Shown here piece after piece: positions 1-9,533 of a DNA stretch of 25,164 nt. Source of the DNA: Candidatus Caldarchaeales archaeon. GTDB lineage: Archaea; Thermoproteota; Nitrososphaeria_A; Caldarchaeales; Wolframiiraptoraceae. The notes under the pieces are model-generated. The model saw only the letters and a list, made by a program, of their open reading frames with translations. It did no database searches and was not told where the DNA came from. The stretch lies in assembly GCA_039630055.1 (NCBI GenBank), contig JBCNVN010000022.1:1-25164 (forward strand), read 5' to 3'. How positions within the stretch are numbered: the first letter of the stretch is position 1; the number at the start of each line of letters is the position of its first letter. A program made the position numbers and the translations under genes.

Positions 1-94
1 TATCGATAACATGGACTTTTACACCAGACTTAGCTAGGGTAAGCGCAGCAATATTCCCTGCAAATCCAGCACCTACAACAAGGCAGGATACCAT
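1..94 (-). CDS. 5' end of an FAD-dependent (Rossmann-fold) oxidoreductase, running off the window edge
   Basis: Manual translation from the ATG at 94 gives MVSCLVVGAGFAGNIAALTLAKSGVKVHVID, a complete beta-alpha-beta GxGxxG dinucleotide-binding motif ending in an acidic residue. Too short for the ORF track. Confidence 0.8.
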   Translation of the reverse strand, partial: MVSCLVVGAGFAGNIAALTLAKSGVKVHVID

Positions 95-573
95 CCTTAA
101 GCCTCTCTATCATGAAGGAAAACAAGTTATTATATGTTTTGTAGATGCTTATAGATGGATAGGATCAATGGTAGAATCATCAAATCAAATAATATAGAGA
201 TTTTTGAAAATTTTTATCCTTTGCGATTACTAACGAATTCTCACCTAGATCTTGGTTTTAACATTAAAGTATTAAAGATCTATCATGTAGATTTAGCTGA
301 CAGTTAATATGATTGGATGTGGCCGAGGATGGTAGTGTTGATAGAATAATTCTTTAGACGAAGATGATAATTAGGAAGGAACAAATGAGGCATGATCTCG
401 GATGTTCCCAGATTCAAAAGTATCAATAATATGAGAAATATCGACTTTTCAAGGTTTAAACATTGTCGAAGAAAAATTAATAGTAACTTCAAAATAAACA
501 TTAATGAAGATCATATTAGCATTCTTAATTCTATGAATTTACATATACAGTATGGAGAGCTATTGAAAGTATC

Positions 574-1515
574 TTATTCAACCATCCACTTTCTTTTCCT
601 AGAAATTATTCCGTCTAATATTCCATTCAGATAATTTTTTACTACCTTAAGCTTATCAGTTATGCCCATTTTAGTGAATAAGAATATTATGAAGATATAG
701 TAAAGTGATACTACCCAATTAAAGATCGAGATGAATATTACGAATTGAGCTAGAGTTGAGTATCTTCTATGAAAGATAATCCTATTTCTAGAAGAGTAGT
801 ATGATCGGGGGGATAAAGGTGATCTAAACCAATTAGCAAAATATCTAACCTGATTTAATGGAACATCATGCCATACCTTTGCAGTCAGAACACATACAAT
901 CTTGTATCCGTTTCTCCTGATCCTGGCACATAGATCAGCCTCTTCATAATGCATGGGGAAATCGTCCTGGTCGAATAATCCAACCTCTTCCAAAACACTT
1001 CTCCTAATCATAAAACAGTTAGGAAAATCATCTGAAGGTATCAGTTGATCATTAGAAACTTTCTTACCAACCTCGGTTATGAAACGAGTTATGGATGTAT
1101 ACATATTGCGTCTGACACTAATACACCATATTCTATTAGGATTCTTAAGATAATACATTGCGGGAGCCGTAACACCTATGCTAGGATCACTTTCCATCAC
1201 ACTGACGAGGTTCTTTATCATATTACGTGAAATAATGTTATCATCGTCGATTAGTAAGATATATTTTCCCCTTGATGAAATTATTCCAATATTTCTAGAT
1301 TCAGAAACCAGCATGGGTTTGGATTTTCTTATTATTATAATGTTCTTATCTTTGAACTTATCAACTATCTCATTGTAGATCTCGTTGGTCAAACTATTAT
1401 CAATAAGTATTATCTCGATATTATTCTCTGGAAAATCATTATTTAAGATGCTTTCTATTAGACGTGATAGATAGTATTTTCTATGGAAAGGTATAACGAC
1501 TGAGACTGTAGGCAC
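574..1515 (-). CDS. Glycosyltransferase family 2 (GT-A fold, COG1216-like)
   Basis: N-terminal VSVVIP, IILIDN, SRNIG, DxD motif (LLIDDD), GLFD..F.MHYEEADLC.R and VWH motifs; hydrophobic C-terminal segment; GTG start. Confidence 0.92.
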   Translation of the reverse strand: MPTVSVVIPFHRKYYLSRLIESILNNDFPENNIEIILIDNSLTNEIYNEIVDKFKDKNIIIIRKSKPMLVSESRNIGIISSRGKYILLIDDDNIISRNMIKNLVSVMESDPSIGVTAPAMYYLKNPNRIWCISVRRNMYTSITRFITEVGKKVSNDQLIPSDDFPNCFMIRRSVLEEVGLFDQDDFPMHYEEADLCARIRRNGYKIVCVLTAKVWHDVPLNQVRYFANWFRSPLSPRSYYSSRNRIIFHRRYSTLAQFVIFISIFNWVVSLYYIFIIFLFTKMGITDKLKVVKNYLNGILDGIISRKRKWMVE

Positions 1516-1605
1516 TTCTAAATCATGGACTGATCCTTGATCCGTCCTACCAGGTTCTAAGCTTTTAATAGGTTTAAAAGTAGTGATTTTTCATCTTCAT
1601 CCCTC

Positions 1606-2397
1606 CTAAGAAAACACTTGAAGCAGTTTATTTACTGTCTGCCTGAGTTCGAGGTTTTTCTTTAATTCATAGTAAAGAAGGAAGATGGTGATTATTGAGA
1701 ACAATGCAAATGAACTGGCAATTATTAGCAATAATGTATCTGGTCTGACTCCGAGAATCAAAGTAGAGATCATTAGACTAGCATACTTCTGTAAGTAGAG
1801 GGATGGAATGAGAGTTAGATACCATAACATCAACCTCCCGAACATCACGTAAAGAAAGACGAATATTATTATTGGTCCAACATAGTACCAGAGAGAAGTA
1901 ATCAAGCCTTCAAGATCTCTAGAGATCATGATTGAGCAGTAGGCTAGCTTACCCATCTTGGATATGAAGTTCACTGTCCATTCTGTTGAAAAAATAGATG
2001 GACAACTATACTCTGTAATTATATCAATCTTCTCTGATAGGATAAGTTCATTGAATTTTTTATTAAGGTTTAATAGTTTCCAGTCAACCAGCCATGAAAC
2101 ATAAGGATATACGATTATAAATTCTCCTTTGCTTATCTGATCTTGAAGGAGAACCCCTATTAGCTCATCTTTTTGAGGGTTCTTTATGAAGGCTAGAAAT
2201 CTATAGTTAAGCCCTCCTGCAAGGGAAGATATCATTGGATGTGAACCATCATCGGAAACCTGAACGATGTCATCAACCATTCCAATAGGTAGAGGAAATT
2301 CTTGTAGAGCTACAATTTGAGACGTAGTTATACTGATAAAGATTAGTAAGATGAGTATCGCAGACGCTGCCAATAAAAATGGTCTACTTCTTTTCAT
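1606..2397 (-). CDS. Hypothetical membrane protein (N-terminal TM/signal, soluble domain, about 3-4 C-terminal TM helices)
   Basis: Long ORF overlapping the end of the upstream gene; hydrophobicity pattern; ATG at 2397 (the ORF track uses TTG at 2403). No recognisable family motif. Confidence 0.7.
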   Translation of the reverse strand: MKRSRPFLLAASAILILLIFISITTSQIVALQEFPLPIGMVDDIVQVSDDGSHPMISSLAGGLNYRFLAFIKNPQKDELIGVLLQDQISKGEFIIVYPYVSWLVDWKLLNLNKKFNELILSEKIDIITEYSCPSIFSTEWTVNFISKMGKLAYCSIMISRDLEGLITSLWYYVGPIIIFVFLYVMFGRLMLWYLTLIPSLYLQKYASLMISTLILGVRPDTLLLIIASSFALFSIITIFLLYYELKKNLELRQTVNKLLQVFS

Positions 2398-4258
2398 GAA
2401 CAAGATGCCTCCTCCTCGAAATGATGAACACCATTATCGATATTCCAATAATTACTATGATTAATAAAAGGATCTGTTCGCTGGTTAAAGCAAGTATAGA
2501 TGGCACTATACTGATCTCAGCATATGCTAGATTTGTAAATCTTGATCCTAAAGGATCACTATACTCTATGATAAGATGTAGTAGTCTACGACCTTCCTCT
2601 ACATAGGGGTCTACATTTACTCCGACGACCTGAGTTGTAGATTCACCTGGATTCATGACCCCTATATAAAATGAGTTAGAAGTTAGTATTCCACTCCCTC
2701 TACCTACATCTAATATTCTAACATTTACATCATATGCAGGTGTTACCCCCACATTTTTAATAAAGATAGTAAATGTCCCTGTGCTTCCTTTAGCTATGAC
2801 AGGTGGATCAAATAAAACACTGCTAACGACTACTTTAGGAGGAGAATATCCTTCGATAGGCACTTCTATCATAGTCTCGTTTACATACTCATTCCCTCTT
2901 GAATCTCTGTACCTTAATTTTAGAAGTAGATTTAATATGTTATCTGTAACATTTTGTGGAATGACTATATAGAAAGATGAGTTCAAGACTTTGCCTGATG
3001 GGATCAATCCTAGATAATTCTTCCTACTATTAACGATCCCTGATAATTCGTCTATCTCCAATTCGACGTCGAAAGCATCCTCTTTACCAACATTCATAAG
3101 GTTGACCTTGAGAAAGAGTTCTGTTCCAGCTCTAATTGGATATCTATCAAATAATATTGCAGCTATTTTTACAGATGCTATATTACGGACGTCAACCAGT
3201 AGCTTATCCATCTTAGTTACGACTGGTCCAGTCTCACTTCTAAACTTCAAAATTATCGGCAGATCATATATGTTAGGTGAAATTCTATAATCGATAGATA
3301 AATTAAACTCAGCTTGAACACTCTGCCCTTCCAATATATCACCTAATAGGATAGTCATAGGGCCTGTAATCGTAAAGTATGGTAGAAGAAAGGTTGTGTT
3401 TAACTGTATAGTCGAGCCATAAGCTACACCACGCCCGATATTCTTAACATTTAATTTTATATTTAGTTCATTACCTGCAACCGCTGGTTTAGGCGACATT
3501 GAAACATCTACTATAACGAGATCTGGCCCATAGGGCTTTCCCGATAAAGTTACCCATATATTTCCTCTTACAGTTGCTATAGACGAACCTAATCCAGGAT
3601 CAGAATATCTTAATGTAAATGGAATAGCATATTGACCGGGATTGGATATTGGGTCTGTAGATAATGTTACATATGCTAAAACTGATTGACCGGGATCTAT
3701 GACCTTAATCTCACAGTTTCTTTCACATTTGATTATTGTGAAAGGAGGATTCTGGTAGAAGGTAAGAGTGGCGTCATAAACTGGTAATATTCCATCATTT
3801 GTAATCTTAATTGTTATGTTAAATATATTACCCGGATAGGCTGGATAAGGATTCTGTTCTAGCAAGATGACAGATAGATCTGATGAGATAGGTCTAGTGA
3901 TTGTAGCATTAACTATTATATCATGATCTGTTACAGTGACTGTAATATTCTTTGTTTCAACAGGTGAAGAGATAATTATAGTATAATTTTGATTTTCTGA
4001 TAGCTTCTTAGAGATCCATACACCGTTTGTAGTTGTACCTGTATCTACTAGTTGTAAATCATTCATCCATAGAGACACGTATACGCCATCGTATCTGTGA
4101 TTATATTGATCGAACACGTATACGACTATCTTAGGCATATCTTCCCTTCTAGCAGAATATACGTCAGTGCTACTCAAGAGTATCGAGATGAATAGAATGA
4201 AGATTAGGAGATAAGAGATCCTTGACATACCTTTTGCTAGAGAATTCCTAAACCTCAT
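2384..4258 (-). CDS. Membrane-anchored surface protein with repeated Ig-like (CARDB/NEW3, COG1361 S-layer-like) domains
   Basis: Signal-peptide-like N-terminus; four ~110-aa repeats (P.PA.PG..F.I.I.I.N.G, P.PA.AG..L.I.L.V.N.G, PI.AG..L.L.V.L.N.G, PP.I..G..GTF.I.I.N.G), each with later G.I.PG-like and L.Y.D..G-like motifs; C-terminal TM helix followed by SRRRH. Confidence 0.85.
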   Translation of the reverse strand: MRFRNSLAKGMSRISYLLIFILFISILLSSTDVYSARREDMPKIVVYVFDQYNHRYDGVYVSLWMNDLQLVDTGTTTNGVWISKKLSENQNYTIIISSPVETKNITVTVTDHDIIVNATITRPISSDLSVILLEQNPYPAYPGNIFNITIKITNDGILPVYDATLTFYQNPPFTIIKCERNCEIKVIDPGQSVLAYVTLSTDPISNPGQYAIPFTLRYSDPGLGSSIATVRGNIWVTLSGKPYGPDLVIVDVSMSPKPAVAGNELNIKLNVKNIGRGVAYGSTIQLNTTFLLPYFTITGPMTILLGDILEGQSVQAEFNLSIDYRISPNIYDLPIILKFRSETGPVVTKMDKLLVDVRNIASVKIAAILFDRYPIRAGTELFLKVNLMNVGKEDAFDVELEIDELSGIVNSRKNYLGLIPSGKVLNSSFYIVIPQNVTDNILNLLLKLRYRDSRGNEYVNETMIEVPIEGYSPPKVVVSSVLFDPPVIAKGSTGTFTIFIKNVGVTPAYDVNVRILDVGRGSGILTSNSFYIGVMNPGESTTQVVGVNVDPYVEEGRRLLHLIIEYSDPLGSRFTNLAYAEISIVPSILALTSEQILLLIIVIIGISIMVFIISRRRHLVHEKK

Positions 4259-4302
4259 ATTTAAAGGTTATAACATTTAGAAAAATAATGATTGGGTTAG
4301 GC

Positions 4303-5484
4303 TCAACATTCTAGGATTTTCCGACTCTTTTTATCTATATTATCGTAACGTTTCCTATATAATAGGTCATATAGATAAGAATATTTTCTCACTACCTGAT
4401 CCCAGTCATAATCTTTAATCTTCTCTCTTGCTGTCTTGATACATATCTCTCTCAGCGATCTATCATCGAATAAACGTAGAATAGTCTCACCAAGTTTAAT
4501 TGGATTTCCTGCTTCAACTAAGATCCCTCCTAATTTCGCTATCTCTCTTACACCTGGGATGTCGCTTGCTATTACTGGGGTTCCAGAAGCTAGAGCTTCA
4601 AGTAGCACTAATCCGAAGGCTTCTCTACGATCGAGACTTGGGAGAACTAGCATCGATGAGTTCTTGTACAATGATAGCAGTTCCTGGTCAGATACATTAC
4701 CATGAAAAACTACTTCTTCACCTTCACTTAATCCTAACTCTTCAACTAGTGATTTCAATCTTGAATACTCTGGCCCGCTACCAACAATCGATAGGACTAT
4801 ATTATTTTGATTACGATCTTTCAAGAATCTAAGTGCTTTCAATAAAATGTCTAGTCCTTTGTAGTATTTTAATTGCCCTACAAAGAGTATTCTATGAGAG
4901 TTAAAATTATTATGTGAATTGTCATTTGATTCTAGAGAATTAAATTTGTCGAGGTCTACACCGTTTGGGATGATGACCAATTTCTTATAAAGTCCTCTTA
5001 GTACTCTACTGGTCATCGCATAGCTTACTGTAGTTGCTACTATCACATCGGCTAGCTTTAAAAAGGCTCTTACGAATAGATAATATATGCTAACTAACTT
5101 TTCAAATCTTTTGGCTTTAAAAGATGTGGCATCAAAATGATAAGTAACTATGATGGGCTTCCTCTTTATTTTTGCTAAGAGTATCGCTAACTCCATCATA
5201 ATTGGAAAAGATGCATGTACATGTAATATGTCAAAGTCTTCTAATAAAATCCTAAAGGGGATTGGAAACATTATAGGAGCCTCGATCAAATGATATTTTT
5301 CTACATATCTAACTATCCTTATATTCTTTCCCTTGGCATGGCTTATTTTAGGATCACATCCTCGGGTGGTCGTAATGATCGTTACTTGATTATTTCTTGA
5401 AATTCTCTTCACTAATTCATAAACAACTTTCTCTACACCACCTCTACTCGGAGGGAAACAGCTAGATATCATCAAGATCTTCAT
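4303..5484 (-). CDS. Glycosyltransferase family 4 (GT-B fold)
   Basis: MKILMIS..FPP..GGVE start, IPNGVD, LFVGQL..YKG, and the EAFGLVLLEA (Ex7E) signature. Confidence 0.95.
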   Translation of the reverse strand: MKILMISSCFPPSRGGVEKVVYELVKRISRNNQVTIITTTRGCDPKISHAKGKNIRIVRYVEKYHLIEAPIMFPIPFRILLEDFDILHVHASFPIMMELAILLAKIKRKPIIVTYHFDATSFKAKRFEKLVSIYYLFVRAFLKLADVIVATTVSYAMTSRVLRGLYKKLVIIPNGVDLDKFNSLESNDNSHNNFNSHRILFVGQLKYYKGLDILLKALRFLKDRNQNNIVLSIVGSGPEYSRLKSLVEELGLSEGEEVVFHGNVSDQELLSLYKNSSMLVLPSLDRREAFGLVLLEALASGTPVIASDIPGVREIAKLGGILVEAGNPIKLGETILRLFDDRSLREICIKTAREKIKDYDWDQVVRKYSYLYDLLYRKRYDNIDKKSRKILEC

Positions 5485-5511
5485 TGTTCTGGCATTAATT
5501 GAAAGAAGTTA

Positions 5512-5524
5512 ACTATAAGCTTTT
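5512..5524 (-). promoter_or_regulatory. Putative BRE/TATA box for the GT4 transcription unit
   Basis: The minus strand reads AAAAGCTTATAGT about 28-40 bp upstream of the ATG at 5484, the usual archaeal spacing for a leaderless or short-leader mRNA. Confidence 0.45.
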
Positions 5525-5695
5525 ATCATATACATAATCTTAATCTTACTCTTGATTTAGGAAAAAAGATTCAGTTTAGATTCATTAATGAGAAAATATT
5601 CCGTTCCTCGTAAAAATAGAATATCTTCTCTATCTTCCTAGCGTATTTTCATGTTTCATAGATTTGAACAAAATATTCAGATATCTATCAAGATT

Positions 5696-6445
5696 TTAAG
5701 CTAGGATAGTGAGTAATATATTCCTAAGACTAAGGAGACATATTAAACTACCCACAGCTATCATTAAGGGACGTATAGGTACTTTCTTACAAGTATATGC
5801 CGCTATAGGTGATGCGATTAATCCACCAATTATGATAAACAGAATGATGTGCCACTGGACAGTTCCGAGGAACACTATAAATGTTGCTACTTGGCTAATC
5901 GTTACAAAGAACTCTGCTAGATTAACCGTTCCTATAGATATCTTTGGATTACCACCTCTAGCTATCAATGTTGAGGTTACTATGGGTCCCCACCCACCTC
6001 CACCAACCGCGTCGAGGAAGCCACCAAATAGAGCTAGAAGGGGAACACCTCTCTGTCTATCATTAAACTCTGTACGCCGAACCACTCTAACAGCTTTCAT
6101 GATAATAACTATCCCCATAATTAGTAGATATGCAGATACTATAGGTTTAATCATCTCCGTTGGAACCAACACTAGTGTGCAAACTCCGGCGACTCCTCCT
6201 ATAACACCAGCTATAAGTAATTTTTTCAACAAACCTAGATTTACATTTCCTATCTTTAGATGTGATAGCCCGGAAGCCAGTGAAGTAAACATCTCGGATG
6301 CATGTACATTTAGGCTTGCGACCGCTGGGCTAAAACCGAAGCTAATCAGCATACTATTCAATGATACACCGTAGGCCATTCCTAAAGCTCCATCTATCAT
6401 CTGAGCGATAAAACCAGCAACTATAAAGAATACTGCTTCAAGCAT
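5696..6445 (-). CDS. TauE/SafE (TSUP) family transporter, probably sulfate/sulfur-oxyanion transport
   Basis: About 250 aa, highly hydrophobic, with internally duplicated motifs DGALGMAYG and DAVGGGGWGP; 1 bp downstream of cysC. Confidence 0.9.
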   Translation of the reverse strand: MLEAVFFIVAGFIAQMIDGALGMAYGVSLNSMLISFGFSPAVASLNVHASEMFTSLASGLSHLKIGNVNLGLLKKLLIAGVIGGVAGVCTLVLVPTEMIKPIVSAYLLIMGIVIIMKAVRVVRRTEFNDRQRGVPLLALFGGFLDAVGGGGWGPIVTSTLIARGGNPKISIGTVNLAEFFVTISQVATFIVFLGTVQWHIILFIIIGGLIASPIAAYTCKKVPIRPLMIAVGSLICLLSLRNILLTILA

Positions 6446-6446
6446 C

Positions 6447-6983
6447 TTATATCATCCCCATATCCCTGAGCCTATCGAGAATCTTCTTAACACATTCTTC
6501 TAGAGAGTCTTTCTCTGTATCTACTATAATCTCTGGGTTTAACGGTTCTTCATAAATATCTTGTAAACCTGTCATATCTTTGATTTCATTCCTCAAGGCT
6601 TTTCCATATAATCCTTTAGGATCTCTCTTCATACATGTCTCAAGACTACATTTAACGTATACCTCGACGAATTTTACCTTGTTATCTTCAGCGAGCCTTC
6701 TAGCTTCGTTTCTAATATTCCTATATGGAGACACGAATGATGCTAGAACGATCACATCATTTCTAGCTAAAAGCATCGAGACATATGCAACCCTCCTCAG
6801 ATGTCTCTCCCTATCTTCTCTACTAAATTTTTCTTCAGGGCTTAGCCATCTACGTACTTCATCCCCATCTAATACCTCTACTTTTAAACCTCTTGAAGAA
6901 AGAATATCCTTAAGCTTCAAAGCTATTGTCGTCTTCCCAGATGCTGGAAGCCCTGTCAACCATAATATGAAGCCTTTAGACAT
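6447..6983 (-). CDS. cysC: Adenylyl-sulfate (APS) kinase
   Basis: WLTGLPASGKTT P-loop, LDGDEVR, FVSPY, RDPKGLY, TG....YEEP. Confidence 0.97.
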   Translation of the reverse strand: MSKGFILWLTGLPASGKTTIALKLKDILSSRGLKVEVLDGDEVRRWLSPEEKFSREDRERHLRRVAYVSMLLARNDVIVLASFVSPYRNIRNEARRLAEDNKVKFVEVYVKCSLETCMKRDPKGLYGKALRNEIKDMTGLQDIYEEPLNPEIIVDTEKDSLEECVKKILDRLRDMGMI

Positions 6984-6984
6984 T

Positions 6985-8364
6985 TTATTTTACCCTTAGA
7001 GGTTTTCCCTCCATCGAGTCCGGCACATTTATATTCATTAACTCAAGGATAGTTGGAGCTATATCATAGATGCTAACATCAACTTTTCTACTACTTATGG
7101 TAGACTGAGGATCATGTAGAATGAATATTCCATGGTAATCATGTACGGCGTCATCAGGACCGGTATCATTCTCGGGGAGATAGAGATCTTTATGTCCAAG
7201 GGTTCCCGCCGCCCTCCAGTAAAGATCATCGAAATAGACCATTAGGTCTGGAGGGTTGCCGTTCCTCACAGGGTATAGTTCTTCAGGTTTGTAGACTTTC
7301 GTCTCCCATCTCTCATTTCCAGGTCCTCTAATCTTTAGTAATTCTCTTTTAAGCTGTTCTCTTATGACCTCATAGTCTTTAGATTCTATTGTTCCATTCA
7401 TCTCTCTACCCTTGACATTGAGAAAGATTCTTGCATAGTAACCTCCCCAAGCCCAAGCGGTAGTCTTGCTCCAATCGATTTTTGCTTTTTCAAGATCTAC
7501 TATATTTTCTGGCGGCTTCTCTAGCTTTAGATAACCTTCTCTTATAAGCCATTCATTTATACAGAATGCTCCCTTCATTCTTTTTGCTCCATGGTCTGAA
7601 ACAATCATAACGATAACATCTTTATCGACCAACTTTAAGAGTTCACCAATCTGCTGGTCGAGGTATTTATAGTAGTCTATTATTGCATTTTCGAAAGGGT
7701 TTCCAGGCTTATAGAGATGATGTTCTTTATCGAAGAATTTCCAGAATGCATGTTGTATCCTATCAAGCCCTATCTCAACGAGCATGAAAAAGCTCCACGC
7801 CTTGTTTACCAGCATATGCTTAACCACTCTAAACCTTTTCTCAGTCATTAGATAGATGTCTTCTAAAATCTTCTTGGTATCTTCTTTTCTAAACGGCACG
7901 TCTATTATATATTCTCCTACTATCGATTCAATTTCCTGCTTGAACTCTGCAGGGTAAGTATACTGCCTTTTTGTGTCGGGCGTCATAAGACAAGAGATTA
8001 GCCAACCATTTACTGGATGTGGTGGATAAGTTGGTGGGATTCCAATAAGACATACTTTTCCTCCATTATCTCCTACGTAATCCCATACACGTTTCTCTCT
8101 TACCGAGAGTGAAGTTGGAAGAGAAGTCTCATTATACGAGAAATTTTTCCTATGTCTAAAACCGTAGATACCGAGTCTACCTGGATTTGCACTCGTAACC
8201 ATTACCATCCATGCTGGAATTGTTATAGGTGGATGGCAAGACTCTAGTCTACCGTGAAGACCATTCTCCATGAGATCTTCTAGATTTGGTAGTTCATCTC
8301 TAAATTGATTGAAGACTATGTCTGGAACCGCTGCATCTAAACCTATGACTAGCAGCCTCCTCAT
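6985..8364 (-). CDS. Alkaline phosphatase superfamily protein (type I phosphodiesterase/nucleotide pyrophosphatase-like, COG3379-like)
   Basis: Metal and nucleophile motifs IGLDAA, PPITIPAW (Thr), DRIQH, SDHG, DDAVH, plus C-terminal DIAPTIL...M.G; no signal peptide. Confidence 0.92.
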   Translation of the reverse strand: MRRLLVIGLDAAVPDIVFNQFRDELPNLEDLMENGLHGRLESCHPPITIPAWMVMVTSANPGRLGIYGFRHRKNFSYNETSLPTSLSVREKRVWDYVGDNGGKVCLIGIPPTYPPHPVNGWLISCLMTPDTKRQYTYPAEFKQEIESIVGEYIIDVPFRKEDTKKILEDIYLMTEKRFRVVKHMLVNKAWSFFMLVEIGLDRIQHAFWKFFDKEHHLYKPGNPFENAIIDYYKYLDQQIGELLKLVDKDVIVMIVSDHGAKRMKGAFCINEWLIREGYLKLEKPPENIVDLEKAKIDWSKTTAWAWGGYYARIFLNVKGREMNGTIESKDYEVIREQLKRELLKIRGPGNERWETKVYKPEELYPVRNGNPPDLMVYFDDLYWRAAGTLGHKDLYLPENDTGPDDAVHDYHGIFILHDPQSTISSRKVDVSIYDIAPTILELMNINVPDSMEGKPLRVK

Positions 8365-8370
8365 ACTTTC

Positions 8371-9525
8371 TCATCCCTCCAAGAAAGGTTTTTCGAATGA
8401 TAAAACTACATCGACGACTTCAGGTCTCATAATCTCGGGTGGCGGCCTCTCACCTCTCAAGATCATATGTCTTATCTGTGTACCGCTAAATTTCATTCTA
8501 TAACTATCATCATGTGGACATATCTTTTCATTCACCATTCCATAACATTTCTTACAGTAGAAAGAATCACTTACGAAGAGAGGTGTTATTCCTAGATCTG
8601 GAAATTCGTTAAAGATCTTCCATGCTTCATAGGGTTTATAGTAGTTTCCTACTCCTGCATGGTCTCTGCCAACGATGAAATGGGTGCATCCAAAGTTTTT
8701 ACGCATGATTGCATGATGTATAGCTTCTCTAGGTCCAGCATACTTCATCTCATATCTAAGTATACTCATTACAGCTGCATTCTTCGGATAATAATTATTT
8801 ATTAAAACTTCGTAAGCTTTCAAGATAACCTCATCTTTAAAATCTCCTGACTTCTTTTCACCTATCACAGGATTTATGAATAATCCATCGGTAAATACTA
8901 AGGCTGATTTCTGAATGTATTCATGGCCGAGATGTGGAGCATTCCTAGTCTGGAATCCGGCGATAGTCTTCCAACCCTTCTCCATGAACAACACCCTAGT
9001 ATCAACCGGTCTCAAAGTATATTTTTCATAAGGGTTAGGTAGATCATTTACGAAATCTATCTTTCCACCGATAAAGTAATCCTCCATGCTCAATGTTTTA
9101 GAGACGCCTGGATGATGAATGTCATTCGTTCTGAAAATTTTTTCACAGAGAACTTTCTTATCTAGGGTATATTTATCCTCGATCTTCAGATAGGCTACCA
9201 ATCTTCCTCTAAATGTTAAGCGTATCTCATCGTTTTCTCTTATCTTTGAAAAAGTTTCTCTATCTACGTCTAAAACTATTGGTATTGTCCAGGGGAGATC
9301 GTTGGGGAGCCTCATATCTTCAAGGATGCTTGAGACCTCATCATAAGTCATGAAACCCTCTAATGGAGAGTATACACCGTAAGCGATATTCTCGACGTCT
9401 ACCGCCCGACTCTCATCTAACTCTAATGTTAACCTATTATCTTTCTCCTGTACTAGTGTTTCTCTCTTAGAATCTTTTACCAGCCGGTTTATCAGCCTTC
9501 CACCATGAGGTATTGAGACCATCAT
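8371..9525 (-). CDS. sat: Sulfate adenylyltransferase (ATP sulfurylase)
   Basis: PHGG start, YSPLEGFM, FQTRNAPHLGH, AGPREA..HA, GRDHAG, and a CxxC..CPH zinc site. Confidence 0.97.
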   Translation of the reverse strand: MMVSIPHGGRLINRLVKDSKRETLVQEKDNRLTLELDESRAVDVENIAYGVYSPLEGFMTYDEVSSILEDMRLPNDLPWTIPIVLDVDRETFSKIRENDEIRLTFRGRLVAYLKIEDKYTLDKKVLCEKIFRTNDIHHPGVSKTLSMEDYFIGGKIDFVNDLPNPYEKYTLRPVDTRVLFMEKGWKTIAGFQTRNAPHLGHEYIQKSALVFTDGLFINPVIGEKKSGDFKDEVILKAYEVLINNYYPKNAAVMSILRYEMKYAGPREAIHHAIMRKNFGCTHFIVGRDHAGVGNYYKPYEAWKIFNEFPDLGITPLFVSDSFYCKKCYGMVNEKICPHDDSYRMKFSGTQIRHMILRGERPPPEIMRPEVVDVVLSFEKPFLEG

Positions 9526-9533
9526 TCATCCCC

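Noticed and set aside
300-335. Plus-strand peptide TVNMIGCGRGW, resembling a SAM-methyltransferase or Rossmann motif
   Set aside because: Immediately followed by stops with no supporting collinear fragments, so it could be chance.
304-634. Short ORFs 304-501 (-) and 392-634 (+)
   Set aside because: AT-rich, low-complexity translations that overlap each other and the GT2 end, with no motifs.
5709-6999. Long antisense ORFs opposite TauE and cysC (221 aa, 139 aa)
   Set aside because: Shadow frames of well-supported genes, with Ile/Ser/Pro-rich antisense composition.
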